Below are positions 1 to 13,583 of a stretch of DNA of 64,000 nucleotides, one piece after another (the first letter of the stretch is position 1; every line of letters begins with the position of its first letter). Where the stretch lies: the NCBI RefSeq assembly GCF_964204865.1, contig NC_135254.1, forward strand, positions 14,942,001-15,006,000, read 5' to 3'. Both the position numbers and the translations under genes were made by a program. Source of the DNA: Styela clava. Its lineage: Eukaryota. The notes below the pieces were generated by a model. That model had not been told where the DNA came from and did no database searches. It saw nothing but the letters and a program-made list of their open reading frames with translations.

Positions 1-1263
1 GAAAAATATAAGTCATTTGAACAAAAATTTTAATAACAAAGCAAATCGATGATTATGAAAAAACCGAAGTGGTCAGAAATTTCTTCTAATTTGAAAACTT
101 CACTTATTTAACATGTCACTGTAAATATTATCACGTTTGTACTAATTAGGCCACAACTTTAAATCTATTTCCATTCGAATACCTTTTGAACTAAATTAAC
201 AGAGCCAAAACAATGCTGCGCCAGTTTTTGAACAACTTTACTTACCACCCTGAATGAGTAAACGAAAAACATGACACGATATAGAGTCTGTCACATTAAA
301 CTTTTCTGAAATATTATAGACCATTTTGCAAACAAATTTGTTTGTGAAAGTTCCATGAAAACCATAAATGTAATAACAGCCTTTCCTCCTCATTTTGAAA
401 TTTTCGAAAACGTCACTAATAAAGGCGGTCGAATTTTACAGGGTAATTGTGTTATCATCGCCGATCGTTTTCTTCCGCATCGCGTTATTATTTGGGGAAT
501 TAACATCGGCATTATGCCAGTTTTAATTTGAAAAAAAGATACATCCCGTGAAAAGTTACCCTTGTTGTAAATTCAGTAAATACGATTATTACGAAATTTT
601 GGCGATTCAACAGCGCCTAAAATAGAGTCTTGTTTTATCTATCACTGGCTCATAAATCAAGAGTCGTGGTATTTTCGTTAGCATTCAATTCCTTATTGTC
701 AGTCAAAAATGTGTATTTCAGATCTACTCTCTTAACGATAGATAGATACGACGATAGATAACATACTGCGGCCATTTCAGTTCCGGGCGAAATAAAACAA
801 TTATCGGCGTTATATACCGACGAAACTGAACCCGACTTTTCTCCCGAAAATGTTGATATATAACTATAAGCTAATTAATATCTGCATTTATTGTACTAAA
901 TAAATTATACTCATTGGAATTGCAATAATAGCTCAAATTTGATGAATTTTCAAGATAGCAAAAATAGGAAATTGGATTTGTTCGTGCAGCTTACCATTTA
1001 TTTTCATATCTAGAGTAGAAATGCTTTTATTTTAAGGTAAGTCGGGCTCTTCTATACCGCAAATACGCAATAATCACATTTTTCTGCGTGTTTTGTGATG
1101 TAATACTATAGTCAAGTTCACTCCAGCATTACACGGATGACTAAAATATGCGGAGTGGTGTGGATATAAGTGAATATTATATGCTCTGAGAGATGTCATT
1201 GGCCACTCAACAAAAAATATTAAAATCACTAATGCGCATATGCATTATTCATACTGCTCTATT

Positions 1264-1363
1264 ATCCGGTTAACCGTTACAATAATATCCGGTTATCAGA
1301 TAGCAAAATACCTCTTGGTTAATCGGTTATCCGGTTAACCGCTATCCGGATAATCCAACCCTA
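1264..1363. mobile_element. Right end of a hAT-like DNA transposon (left end not found in window)
   Basis: Clustered (AT)CCGGTTA(A/T)C palindromic motifs ending in ATCCAACCCTA (revcomp TAGGGTTGGAT). Same architecture as the ends of the 3749-5581 element. Confidence 0.45.
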
Positions 1364-1676
1364 GTCCGGGGGTTAGAAAGATGTCAATAGAAACAAGAGA
1401 GCTGTGCTCAAATATATAGACGAAGCGAATTACGTTCGCTTCTCAGCTGTCCTCGCGCAATTGCCACAAAGTGCCGCTATTTTTTTTATTCTGATCACAT
1501 TTTCGAACTCAAAAAACGAATCTCCTAAAGTTCACAGAAATTTCTGAAATAAATAAAAGAAATAGTCTTCTGGCAAAAAAATCAATCTTCAACTACTGAA
1601 CTTTTCAAAGCAATTGGTCCAGTATTCGAAGAAAAAAGCGATTTCATCTCCACGAAAGAAAAGAATAATAACAAGA

Positions 1677-1771
1677 ACAACAACATAATATTAAAACGAT
1701 CGTTATGTACACTGACGTGTCCAACAACAACATAATATTGAAACGATCGTTATGTACACTGACGTGTCCAA
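1677..1771. repeat. Near-perfect ~49-bp tandem duplication
   Basis: ACAACAACATAATATT(A/G)AAACGATCGTTATGTACACTGACGTGTCCA occurs twice in a row. Confidence 0.85.
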
Positions 1772-1779
1772 AAACATAG

Positions 1780-2180
1780 ACTGGGTGATGAAGGCATAAA
1801 AGAACCGAAATGGTTTGAAAATGATACAGAATATAAGAACCGAAGATGTAGATAGAATAAAAACTGACTGACTGGGGGAGAACGGAAAGCTACAGATGGA
1901 AGATGTTATTAAAAAAAACACTGAATGTGAGAAAAGGCATAAAAAACCTGAAGAAATTATAATGTTAAAAAAATAAAAGAACCGAAAAAATTAAAATGAT
2001 ACAGAACAACAGCAAAGTGTGATTAGGGTTAAGTGCTCTAGAAAAGGCATGGAGAGAAAAGAGAGGGCCTGTTAGTAGAAAAAACACAGACTGAGTGAGA
2101 AAAGGCATAAAATAACCGAAAAAATTAAAATGAACAACAGAAAAGGGAAAATTAATTGCTCGAGAAAGGGCATAAAAATA
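1780..2180. repeat. Degenerate purine-rich tandem repeat region
   Basis: Recurring modules GAAAAGGCATAAAA, AACCGAAAAAATTAAAATGATACAGAA and ACTGA(G/A)TGAGA. Confidence 0.55.
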
Positions 2181-2299
2181 TTACGGGAGAATAATGAATG
2201 GGTGGTCGACAGAACCTCCAGTGTCTTTAAGAACGTCGTCAACGAGACCCAAAGACCAGCTTCTTGTCCCCTTTGTCGTTTCTTTTGCCATATATTAAA

Positions 2300-2592
2300 T
2301 TATTACTTATCGATCTTTAGATCGGTAAGTATGTTGATAGGTATTTGTCTGTCTGTTAGATGCACGCGATATCTCACGAAGGCGTGGTTGAATCTGCTCC
2401 AAATTTTGCATGTGCATTCATCATAGCTCGGACCAGAAGCCTATTGATTTTGGATGAATTATGTCGTATGATTAGCGAGTTAATAATTAATTAGTGATGG
2501 AAAACAAGGTGTCACTATGGAGTAAGAGCGCTGTTTTGGGGATCCCCTAACTTTCGATCGATAAGTCTTCGGTCTCTGACCGATATTCTCGT
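2300..2592 (+). mobile_element. DINE-1/Helentron-associated (HINE-like) non-autonomous element, copy 1
   Basis: 5' hairpin ACTTATCGATC-TTTA-GATCGGTAAGT, (GTCT)n microsatellite, sub-terminal inverted repeat GATCGATAAGT, 3' stem-loop CGGTC-TCT-GACCG, ends in a T run. Further copies occur in the window. Confidence 0.75.
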
Positions 2593-3748
2593 TTTCTGTT
2601 TATTCAAATTTATCTAGTGTTGACTTCGTTTGTGATAATAAAATCTCTCTCTCTATCTACGTGTTGGTTAAATTTAAACTGCATCGTTATTTAAAAAACT
2701 GAGATATACAGTACAATATATGTAATTTTTCCACTTGTCGTAAAAGTCTACAATAGGCTCAATTGTGTACTATACCTATTGTTTTCTTTCATGGTAAAGT
2801 GATATTGAGTAAAGCTGAAAGACATTTTACGGTTGAGTTGTCACACGAACACAATACGGACGAATTTTCTTCATGTATGTGTTTCAATACAGAGAAGAAC
2901 TATACGATTTGCTTCTGACATCAGGGGGCCTTCCGTGCCCAAAATTAGAAAGTGGCGACGTTGTAAAAAATAGTGTTGCGGAGAGAAGTGGTACATTTTT
3001 GAAATTGTGAATATTTAAAAGATTGCTTCAACATAAAAGGAAAACGACAAAGTAGACATTGCCGTTCATATTTCCAAATTATTTCACTGATAGAACAGCT
3101 CGGATATCAGGCGATCACAATTATGGAAGGTTTGTATGAAATAGTGCAGTTTTTGAAAAAGTTTGCTTGTTCAATGCATTTTGTATTGGTTAACGCTCCA
3201 TAACTAAACTAAGATTTCAATGTTTCTGTGAATATCAATTTAACTCTCGTTGTCCCGGTGTGTTTAAGCTTCTGCTTTCAAACCCTTAGGCCTATTTTTA
3301 AGAGATGATGCCAGTTTTGGACTGTTAAAGGGGAAACATTCAATTACCATGGTAAAATGATATATTTGAATATATCGATTTTAAGTGAACGAATGCAAAA
3401 GATTCCACTCAACTAAGTATGTGACTAGTCCAGCATCGTCCAGCCTATCGTATTAACATGCCAGTTGTGGGTGGTATGCGTAATATTATGTGTATTTAAA
3501 CGCTAGAACGGCGATCTGAGCAAACATTCAATCTCTTATTATGCGGAGAATTGACACTACCCTAATATTTGCAAAAAACACAACGATATATGTTGTCGGT
3601 TAGTGTGCACTATGACTAAAGCATGACATTAGATGCCACTTGTAAAGAATTGTACGCAAAAACAAAATTTGTGAAAGTTTGATACAAGACTTTTGAACCA
3701 CCAAGGACAAAGCTAGTACATTCACAACACATACGTATATATAAATAT

Positions 3749-5581
3749 TGGGGCTGGGAATTTCATGGAAAACACTTTAACCGGTTAACCGCAGCGTGAC
3801 GTATTAGTTTGTTGCGTCACAATGGTTACAAAGACATTTCGCGTGATCTTATCGCGGTGTCGCTCTATATTATCCCCGAATCCAGGGGTCGGTCGCTTCG
3901 CTACCCGCGAGGGGAAATGTAAAGAAATGTGTTTAGTAAGGTAAAAAGTAGGTGTTTGTTCTGATTTTGTTGGAAGACCCTGGTCGTTGCGCCGGACGAA
4001 TGGCGGCATTCGTCCGGCGCGGTGCCCCCGACCTTTTTAGTCCATTAAATAGTTTAAATACCAGGTTAGAAACCGATCACCCTCAATGGAAATCAAGTTT
4101 TATTAATTTTAGGGCCCGTGATCACTCAACCGTGACGAATTTTTTTTGACATAAATTAGACCTCAATTAACTTGTATGACCCAGATATGGCCTCTCTACC
4201 TATTACCATTCTCGAGATATAACGTAAAATCACTGCAGCATGACTGAAGAGTTGGAGGAAAAAAATTCCTTTTAAAATGGATTCAAATAATTTTTCCAAA
4301 TATGCCCATGCTTTCACTTTCTCAATATGTCCTTTCAGAGGCCTGCAATAAGCCAAAATCACTAAAGCGTGACTGGGGAGTAAGAGAACAAAAATTTCTT
4401 CAAAAAAATGTTAAACTAATTTTTCCAACCATACCTATCTATTTCATTTCTCAATAGCTCCATTTTTAAGTGCGCAACCTTCTTACGCCACTGGAGGGCT
4501 ATTGGGAGGGGGAAACACCGATTTTTCAGTAAAGAAAATTTCAAATATTTATACTCTTTGAGAATTAGGCAAATCTTGGCCCAAAATCCCATTCACATGC
4601 CTCAGAATTGCCTAAAAACAATAGAACCTAAGTGGGCGTGGCTTTGCACGAGTTCTCTCACCACAGAGGGCGTGGGGGCACAGCCCCCACCGCCAAAAAG
4701 ACTTGGAAAAATTCCTAATACTCGGGCAAACGCTTTCCGGCCCCGGAAACTTAGCTAAACAGCCTCTAAACCCCTAAATCACTCTCGCGTGACTTGATTG
4801 ACAGCTGATTGACCAATGAACAGCCTCGGGCCACAAAAACCCCGTTTTGACCCCTTTCCTCTGGCCCGATCGTTTCCAAAAATTTTCTGCGTCATGCGGA
4901 CAGGGATACCTGACTAACGTGCTAATCACCTACCTCATCTGCCCTACCCTACATAGTGGAAATGCTCATCAGTCGGTCTCCCACGCATAGAATTTTAACT
5001 TCCACCTCACGTGCAACGTTTTCTGATTTAGACTGTGCATTCGCACTTTCAGTGCGACAGGTTGCGAGACCATAGATAGTTCCCTGGTCGCTCTACTACA
5101 GGAGATGTGCAGCGTGGTTCAGACATAAGGAAGTATTTTAGTAAAGGCCATTTCCGATATTAAATGTCACTTATGGGACAAATATTTAGTGTTGGATGGG
5201 AAAATCTACTCATCATAAATAAACACAACATCAACTGCTCACTTGTTGGATGACATTGAATAATTATACGATTTTGCAATAAAATCGTGAACAATATATT
5301 TCGACCAAAAACCGATTCTGAATTTATCATTGTCAAACTTTCATAATCAGCAATCTTGGTACTTAATTAGTTTTCACATTTATTGGGTCCTTATCAATAC
5401 AGTTAGTGATATTCTTTTGAATTAAACGCCACGTGATACAAATTTGCGATGACGTAATCATTTTTGAAGTAATTGTACATTATAAAGATGGTTAGTACCT
5501 GAGATGCCAGTTAACGGTTAAAATAAATCGTAACCGTTAACCATCTAAAATAAGTTAACCGGTTAACCATTCCCAGCCCTA
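3749..5581. mobile_element. Non-autonomous hAT-superfamily DNA transposon (~1.83 kb)
   Basis: TIRs TGGGGCTGGGAAT / ATTCCCAGCCCTA; exact 8-bp TSD ATAAATAT (3741-3748 and 5582-5589); sub-terminal TTAACCGGTTAA motifs at both ends; no transposase ORF. Confidence 0.85.
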
Positions 5582-5828
5582 ATAAATATATATATACGTA
5601 TATCACTGATCTATCATAGAGACTATAGACGAGGGAAAACAGCGTATAAAAGTTTTGCTCTTTTTTTAATCTCAAACCCGAACGACTGATATCACCAGCA
5701 ATCGGAATCATTCAGTCAGTTTTGCCAATATCTTAAAATAGATAAAAAATTTCATACGTTCTATTCGACTAATATCTTGATGAAATTAATTTATCCGTTC
5801 CAGGTGCAAATTTTTTTGTGTGTTTCAG

Positions 5829-8800
5829 ATCCAGAGAATGAAGTAATCGACGAAAAGGAGTATTCATTGGCATCTGAGCTCAGAGACCTGTGTAGTGATT
5901 TCCGAAAAGAGTCAGCCAGCAAATTAGCACAATGTGCCGACGTTCTTCTTAAGCTCGGTGAAATATATTTGAAGAAGGTTGACCACACGTCCGGAATATT
6001 ACAAAAATTAACCTATATTCGATGCAGCACGCTGTTAAACGGAGCAAAAGTTAGATTCAAACTGAAAAACATGGAAGAGGAGGCCGTTGCAACTGAAGAC
6101 CTTTTGCAAAGAATGGGAATAAAAGTTCTTCAATCTGCATGCGCTCATAAAACGAAGGATTTGGTCAAAATCTCTAATAAATTATTCAAAAGAATAAAAA
6201 AGTTTCGAATGATGTATAGCAGTAAAGTGCGACGTATCCCTCATTTACCCGAAGTTGGAGATGAATTTTTCAAAAGTATGAAAGTGTTTTATGTAAAAGA
6301 ACTATTGCAAGAGGTAACAGATGAATACAAGTCAATAATGAAAACAATTTCAGAGAAGTGTCTGATTATACTCGGTGAAAGTCCCTGTGACTTTGCCGCC
6401 GTAGGACTGGGTTCTCTTGCCCGTGGAGAAATCACTCCGTACTCGGATTTTGAACATGTTTTGGTTTTGGAAGACGGCGTAGAATGCCGTAAGGATTATA
6501 AAGACATAAAAGAATATTTTCGTTGGTATTCAGTTCTCTTTCAGTTAATAATGATAAATTTTGGAGAAACATTCATTCGGAGCGTTGGTATAAAAAGTTT
6601 GAACGATTTATATTCGAATGACCCGGAAAAGAACTGGTTTTATGACATATTCACCCCGTGTGGCATTTCCTTTGATGGCATGGCGCCACATGCTTGCGGC
6701 AATCCCTTAGGAAGGCAGTACCAAACGGAGAAATGTCGCCACATCCTTGAACTTATAAAGCCTTCGAGTGAGATGGCAAAACTCGTGAATTCAACCGAGG
6801 ATTTGAACAACGGTTACTACATCAGTGAACTTATATCAAGGCCTTGTTTTGTGAATGGCAGTCAGCTGGTTTATGACCAATTTCAGTCTTTTGTTTGGAA
6901 AGAATTGGAGGAAGTCCAAAGATATAAAGATGTTGGAAAGCTAATATCGTCCAACGTTCTTGCACAAGTGAGGAATAACCAAGACTATTTCCAGAAAGAT
7001 AAAATTTTAAACGTTAAAACAGACGTATATCGGCCAATCACCGTCATTCTTTCTTGTCATGCTCGAGTGCATAGCATACGAGATTTTTCGTCATTCCGAA
7101 TTATTGAGGATTTATTCCAAACAGGGGTTCTTTCAGCGAAGGCCTATGTGGAATACAGATTTGCTCTAACAATAGCTTGTGAAGCTCGGATGAAAGTATA
7201 TGTAAAATATGCAAATCAGAGACATAAAATAGCGATGAAAACTTTACTTGAAATCATTGGTAAACCGAGCTTTATTGAATTTTATGAGAACATGCTCTTG
7301 ATTCGACATGATTATCATTTATGTTCTGAGCTGAACCTATCTAAACTAGGAGCTTCCCTTATAAACTCTTACCGTTCCGAGGGCTTTGAATATTTTGGCG
7401 AAAAATTTGAGATGGCAGAGGCGAGAGGTTTGGCGAATGCCGGCTTGTACTTCGAAGCAATACAGATCTGTCCCGTGATTCCTATGGAAGAATGGAAAAT
7501 GTATGCACTATTTTGCGAAGTCTGTGCCGAAGTTTGTAAAGACGCTCTAGCTGACGAGGCGATGCTAAAAATCTGCATTGAAAGCGCCGGAAGAATAAAT
7601 CTAGGTGACTCTTCGATACCTCTCGAAGTAAGGACCATCGTTTGTCGTTTTAGAGGCTTAGCAGAGGGATTACTTGGATTGCGCTCTAATTTGAACAGTA
7701 CAATAAGGCGATTCGCTCGTGTTTTCGTCCCAATGACATTAGGAGGAGCAAAACATTTTCTTAGCCTTTTGATGTACATGAACAATTTTTTTGGTGTGAA
7801 ATTTGACAGCGAATCAACATTGTTTAGTGACCTCCATGACTTGATCCAAACATGGGAAGTTTCCAACAATAAAGCGGAAGAAATATGCAAGACAGTAACA
7901 TTGGCAAAACTAATGCGAGTTTTTGACAAGCCCTCTGAGGCCATTAAGCTAGCTGTTTCAGCAAGGAGGAAATTAAGAGATTATGCTAGCAATTTTTCTG
8001 AAGAATTCGTAATGGGACAGTTACATGTTCTGATATGGATCATTGACAGGCTTCGGCGAGATGCTGCGACCGCCAAAGAGCTGACAAACTTAGTCGACAT
8101 TACCGAGATTGCCGATATGTGGACTGCTCTTGGTCACATGTCCGAGAACGAAAACAAACGAGTTGAAATAATCCCGTGTAACAAGATATGGTGCCTCAAT
8201 GAGCTCGGTCGAAACGAGGAAGCATTGGCAAAGTGCGACGAATACTTAGCCGATGAAAATTTAGGTAAAGATGCAAAAGTTGGACTTTTGAATCTAAAAG
8301 GTAATACGTACATACTATTAAGCGACAAGGAACAACGAAACAAACGTTACGACAATGCCTCAAAACAAATAGAACGGGCAATTCGACTATACAAAAACAT
8401 GGACCACGAAGAAATGAATGAAAATTGTCAAATTGGATATGCGTTGGCGGCATCCAAATTCTTCGATGTCTCCCTTGGTGAGGGCTTGGAAACTCTCGCA
8501 AACGCGCGAGCTATTTTGGAGAATCTGCCTGACCAAACTAGGTTATCATTTTTCAAAACATACCATGCTGAGTATAAAGTGAAGTGGCAAGATCTGTATA
8601 AGCAAGAAACGAACGAAAATTGCATTACATTATTACATTGTATTTTGGGTTTATGGCGCTTTACTATTGCTAGAAATATAGTAGTGATCGGTAAAATGAC
8701 TAAAGGCGATGAGATATTGGATAGCCATGTAATGATTGAACGATATTCAAATCAATTGCGACTCTTAGAAAAGCATGGAGATCCTAAAATGAAAAATGTG

Positions 8801-9148
8801 GCAACTGTGTTTTTAAATTTTTTATTAATGAGCGCCGCGTCTGGAATGGACGAAGTTTATCTTGGGTTTGCTTGGATCAGACAAAAACCTGACGTTTTGC
8901 GCGAATTTCGACAAGTTAGGAATGATATTGAACGCAAGGTTTGGGTAGATTTGTTCGATAAATCAAAACAAAATCTTTCACTTTTTCGTAGGTTATTTCT
9001 GTTGGCAATTCTACGAGCAAGTGTTGACCAAAACAAGGACGACTTGGCCAGCGTAAAGATTAATCATATACCAATCTCAATTTCTTATCCATTCCTTGTT
9101 TCAAAAGATGGAAAGTGCATGAATGATAATGATAAAATATTATCTTGA
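5829..9148 (+). CDS. DUF294/GlnE-like nucleotidyltransferase + DUF294_C-like helical domain + TPR-like repeats (single large exon; true start probably on an upstream exon)
   Basis: 1123-aa ORF (5777-9148) with Pol-beta-type motif GLGSLARGEITPYSDFE (~6404-6454); segment NVKTDVYRPI...ARVHSIRDFSSFRIIEDLFQTGVLS...EARMK resembles DUF294_C; TPR-like segments LNELGRNEEAL and LLNLKGNTY. The ORF opens at TTG, and a strong acceptor TTTTTGTGTGTTTCAG ends at 5828. Confidence 0.8.
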
Positions 9149-11896
9149 TTTATATCTGACTGTTTTACAAAATGCCTTGTGAAAATTAATCGAATGTTTT
9201 TGCTTAATAGAATTAAACTGCTGCGTGGGTTTTATTCTGGAAAGACGTTTTATTCGGGTTTAGCTCCACCAAAAAGATTGCAAACCACTTGTCTAATGCA
9301 ACTATATGCACTTGAGAAACTGGATGCAAGATGCTTGTGGTGAAACTTAAATTGTGTTTTGGGATTTAGTTAGTGCGCATAGGATCATATTCCATGTGTG
9401 GGTCTAAAGAAGTGTACATCGGAGCTGCTATAAATAACGCCAAACAAAAATGTGATGTATAAATACTGCCGAAATTTTTTTTTTGTCATATAAAAGTCAC
9501 GTGCGGAACGCTATGGGTATCCTGTTTGCCATGGGACATACCTGCTTGATGATTACGTGAGTTTTATTTTAGCTATACGTGTCTGTCAAGAATTTCCTTC
9601 TACGCCAGACAGATGTTTTTTAAATCATAAAAATCTCACATCACATTTCTATTTGGAATTTTAAAGGTGGATTATCACGGAAATTTTTTTTCGATGAATT
9701 TGATTCTATATATTTTTAGGAAATGGTGACGCTTACAATTTACATAAAGTCGACTAAGTTTTCTATCTAAGAATTTTTAAAACCCATCCAACGAAAATCG
9801 ACCGATATTGATATTAAAGATATTGCCCGTATTGGTATGTATTTGAACCACTGTAGCGTTTGCCAAATATGCACGGCGCAACAACGGTTTAAAATAAGTA
9901 AACAGAACGCAAAAACCGCCTTTGACCTGAAGCAAAATTACGCCGCCGAGTTCTCACGTACTATGTCATCATCGAGACATACTAATTTGCCTTCGATTTC
10001 GGCAGGGTTGACTTTTAAATATTTGAGTCTCGCAAACGAAGTCCACTTTATGCAAGCGGTGAACGCCAAAAATCCTAAAAAATTATATAGAATCAAATTT
10101 GCCAAGCCTTTTTTCACAAGTGTATTATAACAAGCGGAATATAAAAGCGCGTAATATATGTCTAATATTCTGTATCCTATAAGCCAGTACTTTCGAAATA
10201 ATTATTGGCGTTTTTAGAGTTGTACTTACGAATCCATTTAATTTTGAAGGATCATAATTGTTTACAATCCAACTAGCATGCTCTATTTTTAATTGTTCTC
10301 ACCGTGTCATTTGCCACAAACAACTTCGATATTTTGCAAATTGTCTCTTGTTTTTTTGTCGATTGAAACTGCGCCAGGCAAAATAATTGTCTGGAATGTT
10401 GCTATTGGCAATATGGCAACCTTAATTAAGAGTTATGCTATTTCTTTATCTTTCTTAATCTTTAATGCAATACAAAAACAAAGAGGCATTGTAAACTGAG
10501 CAAGAAGAAATTTTAGAAAATCAAATTAAAAGCATATTTGTACGAACTGTGTTGGAAAAATCATATATATATATATATACAGACGTTTTTTCTCGAATAA
10601 ATACCGTTTAATCTCCGGGCTCGCACTTTTTAAATGTAAGATATACGCCTTCGGATATTGGCATCTTTTCCGATAGGTGTTCACAAACTTCATAAAAAAT
10701 GCATAAACCCTTAAAACAAATGTTTACGTCCTTAATGAGGCGCATTTTTCACATTGACTTTATTCTCTCTTGTATGGTCTATCGCTACGGGTTGTTGTCA
10801 AGTTAAAAGCATTGCAACAACTTAGCAATGCCAGGTGAAATATAAACTCAAGGTATTCGTTGTGGGCCGCAGGGCATGTACAGAAGGAAAATTAGTCGTA
10901 AAACATTTTTATGCGGTTGATGGAATGGCATATCACCTTTATTCATCGTCGACACCAAAGTGGAGAATAAAGGTAAGTTATTTTTTAGTGTGTGAAGGGG
11001 TAGGGGGAGTCCCTATCTTGTGCATTTAATAAACAAATAGTATTCATTTCTCCTTACATATGGCGCTAAATCTATATATATATATATATATATAGCTTTA
11101 TGTTAGAATCTCTGATTTGTAAAATAAGCGACAACAACTATACAGCTAAGAAAATATGCATTATCAAAACGTAAAAAACAAGCGAGAAGTAAGAATTGTA
11201 TCATATAAAAGCATAAAGAATTCAGATGAACTAAAAAAAAATCAGTTTTTGACCACACGTATGGTGGGATTTCTTTTTAAGCGCCTTGCTTGTACTTTGG
11301 CAATATACATAGACTTGACCCTCAGAAAATCTGTAGCTTCAGCATTTATTTATGAGCAACTAAAAGATATAAAAAAAAATCAACAACCGGTTATATTTCT
11401 GAATATTTTTTTCATCTGATACAACGGTATATTCTTTGGTGAAGTACCACAGGCGGTACCAAATGTTTTACGATACCTTCAATTGCACAAAAATGCGAAT
11501 ATTTATTTTAAAATACTGGTGTCTTTTAATTAAGATAAAGATCAGAGTTAAATAGCAGAATTTCAAGTTGAAGGTAATGCGAGACAACATTTTCATATGA
11601 CAAAACTGTATCTTTTGCGGTGATACACCACAAAAGATACAACCTGTTCTTAGAATACCGCGGATACCACATAATAATGAGGCATCATTTAAATACTAAA
11701 GAGATAAGTTCAAAATATATAGATTCAAACGAAGCAATGAGTTCGTCATCAAGCTGTCCCGAGTTTTGCGAAAATCAGAATGACTGCGTAACTGCACAAT
11801 TTTGTGACGAACATTATCCTGAATTTCTATACAATCAGCATTTTCATGTCTGTCAGTTCGAGGCTTTTGTTTTACTTGGACGGTCGGCATTATTAG

Positions 11897-12188
11897 TTAT
11901 TACTTATCGATCTTTAGATCGGTAAATATGTTGATAGGTATTTCTGTGTTCGTCTGTCTGTTAGATGCACGCGATATCTCACGAAGGCGTGGTTGAATCT
12001 GCTCCAAATTTTGCATGTGTATTCATCATATCTCGGAATAGAAGCCTATTTATTTTGGATGAATTATGTCGTATAATTAGCGAGTTATTAATTCATTAGT
12101 GATGGGACACGCGGTGTCACTATAGAGTCATGAATCGAAATTACAGTTTCGATCGATAAGTCTTCAGTCTCCGACCGATATTCTCGTT
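11897..12188 (+). mobile_element. HINE/DINE-1-like element, copy 2 (short 3' subtype)
   Basis: Colinear with 2300-2592. Carries the TAGAGTCATGAATCGAAA variant in place of the GGGGGATCCCC segment. Confidence 0.75.
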
Positions 12189-13577
12189 TTGTGCATTTGT
12201 TTGAAATAACCTCATAATAACCGACTAGACAAATCAAGAAAATCACTTAGAGGCGAATTCAAAAAATTAAGAATTCTGAAAAATGTGAATACGTAGAATG
12301 CTGATAAATTTTCTCAATAAATAAATCGACGTTGCTTTTCAGTCACAGATCGCACACTGAAAATCTGTAATTTTGGGAAAGAATAAAATCTTTCCGCATC
12401 GGCATCGCATATCTCGCCAAGGATCAGGCGTGGACACCGTGTTGATTCGCAATTCTGTGTATCGCGTTAAGCAAAATGACCCTCTATCCTCGTTCTTGTC
12501 ATATTGGTTATGATTGTAAAATCTGGACAGTTACTGATTGAATCTGTAGATAGAAGCATGTACAGTATATGATCAAGGCTACGTCGATTGTCCCCGCAGG
12601 CACAATTATAAGGAAGTCTTTCGTTGGTACAATTTTGAAATAAAAACTTATAAACAAGTCATACTTTACTACAACTCAGGTTCGCATGTACATGTTATTT
12701 GATGGTAGTTTTTTTTTTTGAAAAATTGAATAGGCACTGTATATTTCATACAAATATCGCCCCCAGCTATAAGTTATCTTAGGCGTGAAAATTTAGCCAA
12801 TGGATCAGAATTTAACTAAAGGCGTTTGACGTCAATTTGGTTTACAAAAACGTGAAAATCTCAAAGAGGAGCATTCAAATGTCATGTCAAACACCTATCG
12901 CCAAATTGAAGCTGTCGTTATTTGAACGAAGGAAAGAGTACAAAAAGGTAGATTGCAAGTATATCTTTCTAAGGATGTGATAATATAATACATGATTAGT
13001 TATATGTGCTAAAACCTTCATTTTCAATAAGGTTCCGATCAGAAGCATTTGGAAAGTATCATCCAGATTGGAAAGTACAAAATATTTCTCGGTGGCAACG
13101 TAAAACCTGACAAACTTTGTAAAACAATTGCAGTTATTCTCAACATTTGACGAAAATATATTTATATTGTCATTGCCACCATCGAAGTAACATTAAAAGT
13201 GCGGTTTTACGGTTTTGTTTGTAATCTGTGCAAAGTGCAAACTGATTACAAAAGTGATTAAAATTCTCAGCTACAATATTCTTGATAGCAATTACAAAAT
13301 TTAAAATATTACTTTGTGAGAAACCTTCTGATTATATCATTGCGAGAATTAATGAGTCAATGTACCTGTAATTATAGACGGAGTACGTGTTTTTACACAA
13401 TTTAGAAAGTCGCCTATGGGCATCGCGGAAGGCTGTCTTAGCTAAGTACGATTTTTAGTCTCAGTTAATTCTAAAGTTACGCAGGCGGTGAAATATAAGC
13501 TCGTTGGTGAGAAGACAGCAATATATTTAATGTATAGTCTGAAAACTGTTGATATTTCGGACAAAAGCTACGACGAA

Positions 13578-13583
13578 ATGAAG
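13578..13583 (+). CDS. Putative coding end (ATG AAG) of the first exon of fucosyltransferase 1
   Basis: ATGAAG|GTAACT splices in frame to the acceptor at 14368, giving MK-VHR-MTKH. The same ATGAAG|GTAA motif precedes paralogue 3. Confidence 0.45.

Noticed and set aside
5777-5828. N-terminus of the 1123-aa ORF as annotated
   Set aside because: It starts at TTG and runs through a polypyrimidine tract and AG acceptor, so it is probably intron.
7369-8625. Antisense ORFs (191, 101, 69 and 65 aa)
   Set aside because: Shadows of the long plus-strand ORF with no recognisable motifs.
11072-11093. (TA)n microsatellites here and at ~42216-42230
   Set aside because: Ordinary simple repeats.
11620-11925. 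101-aa Cys-rich ORF
   Set aside because: GTG start, runs into a HINE repeat, and no family motif recognised.
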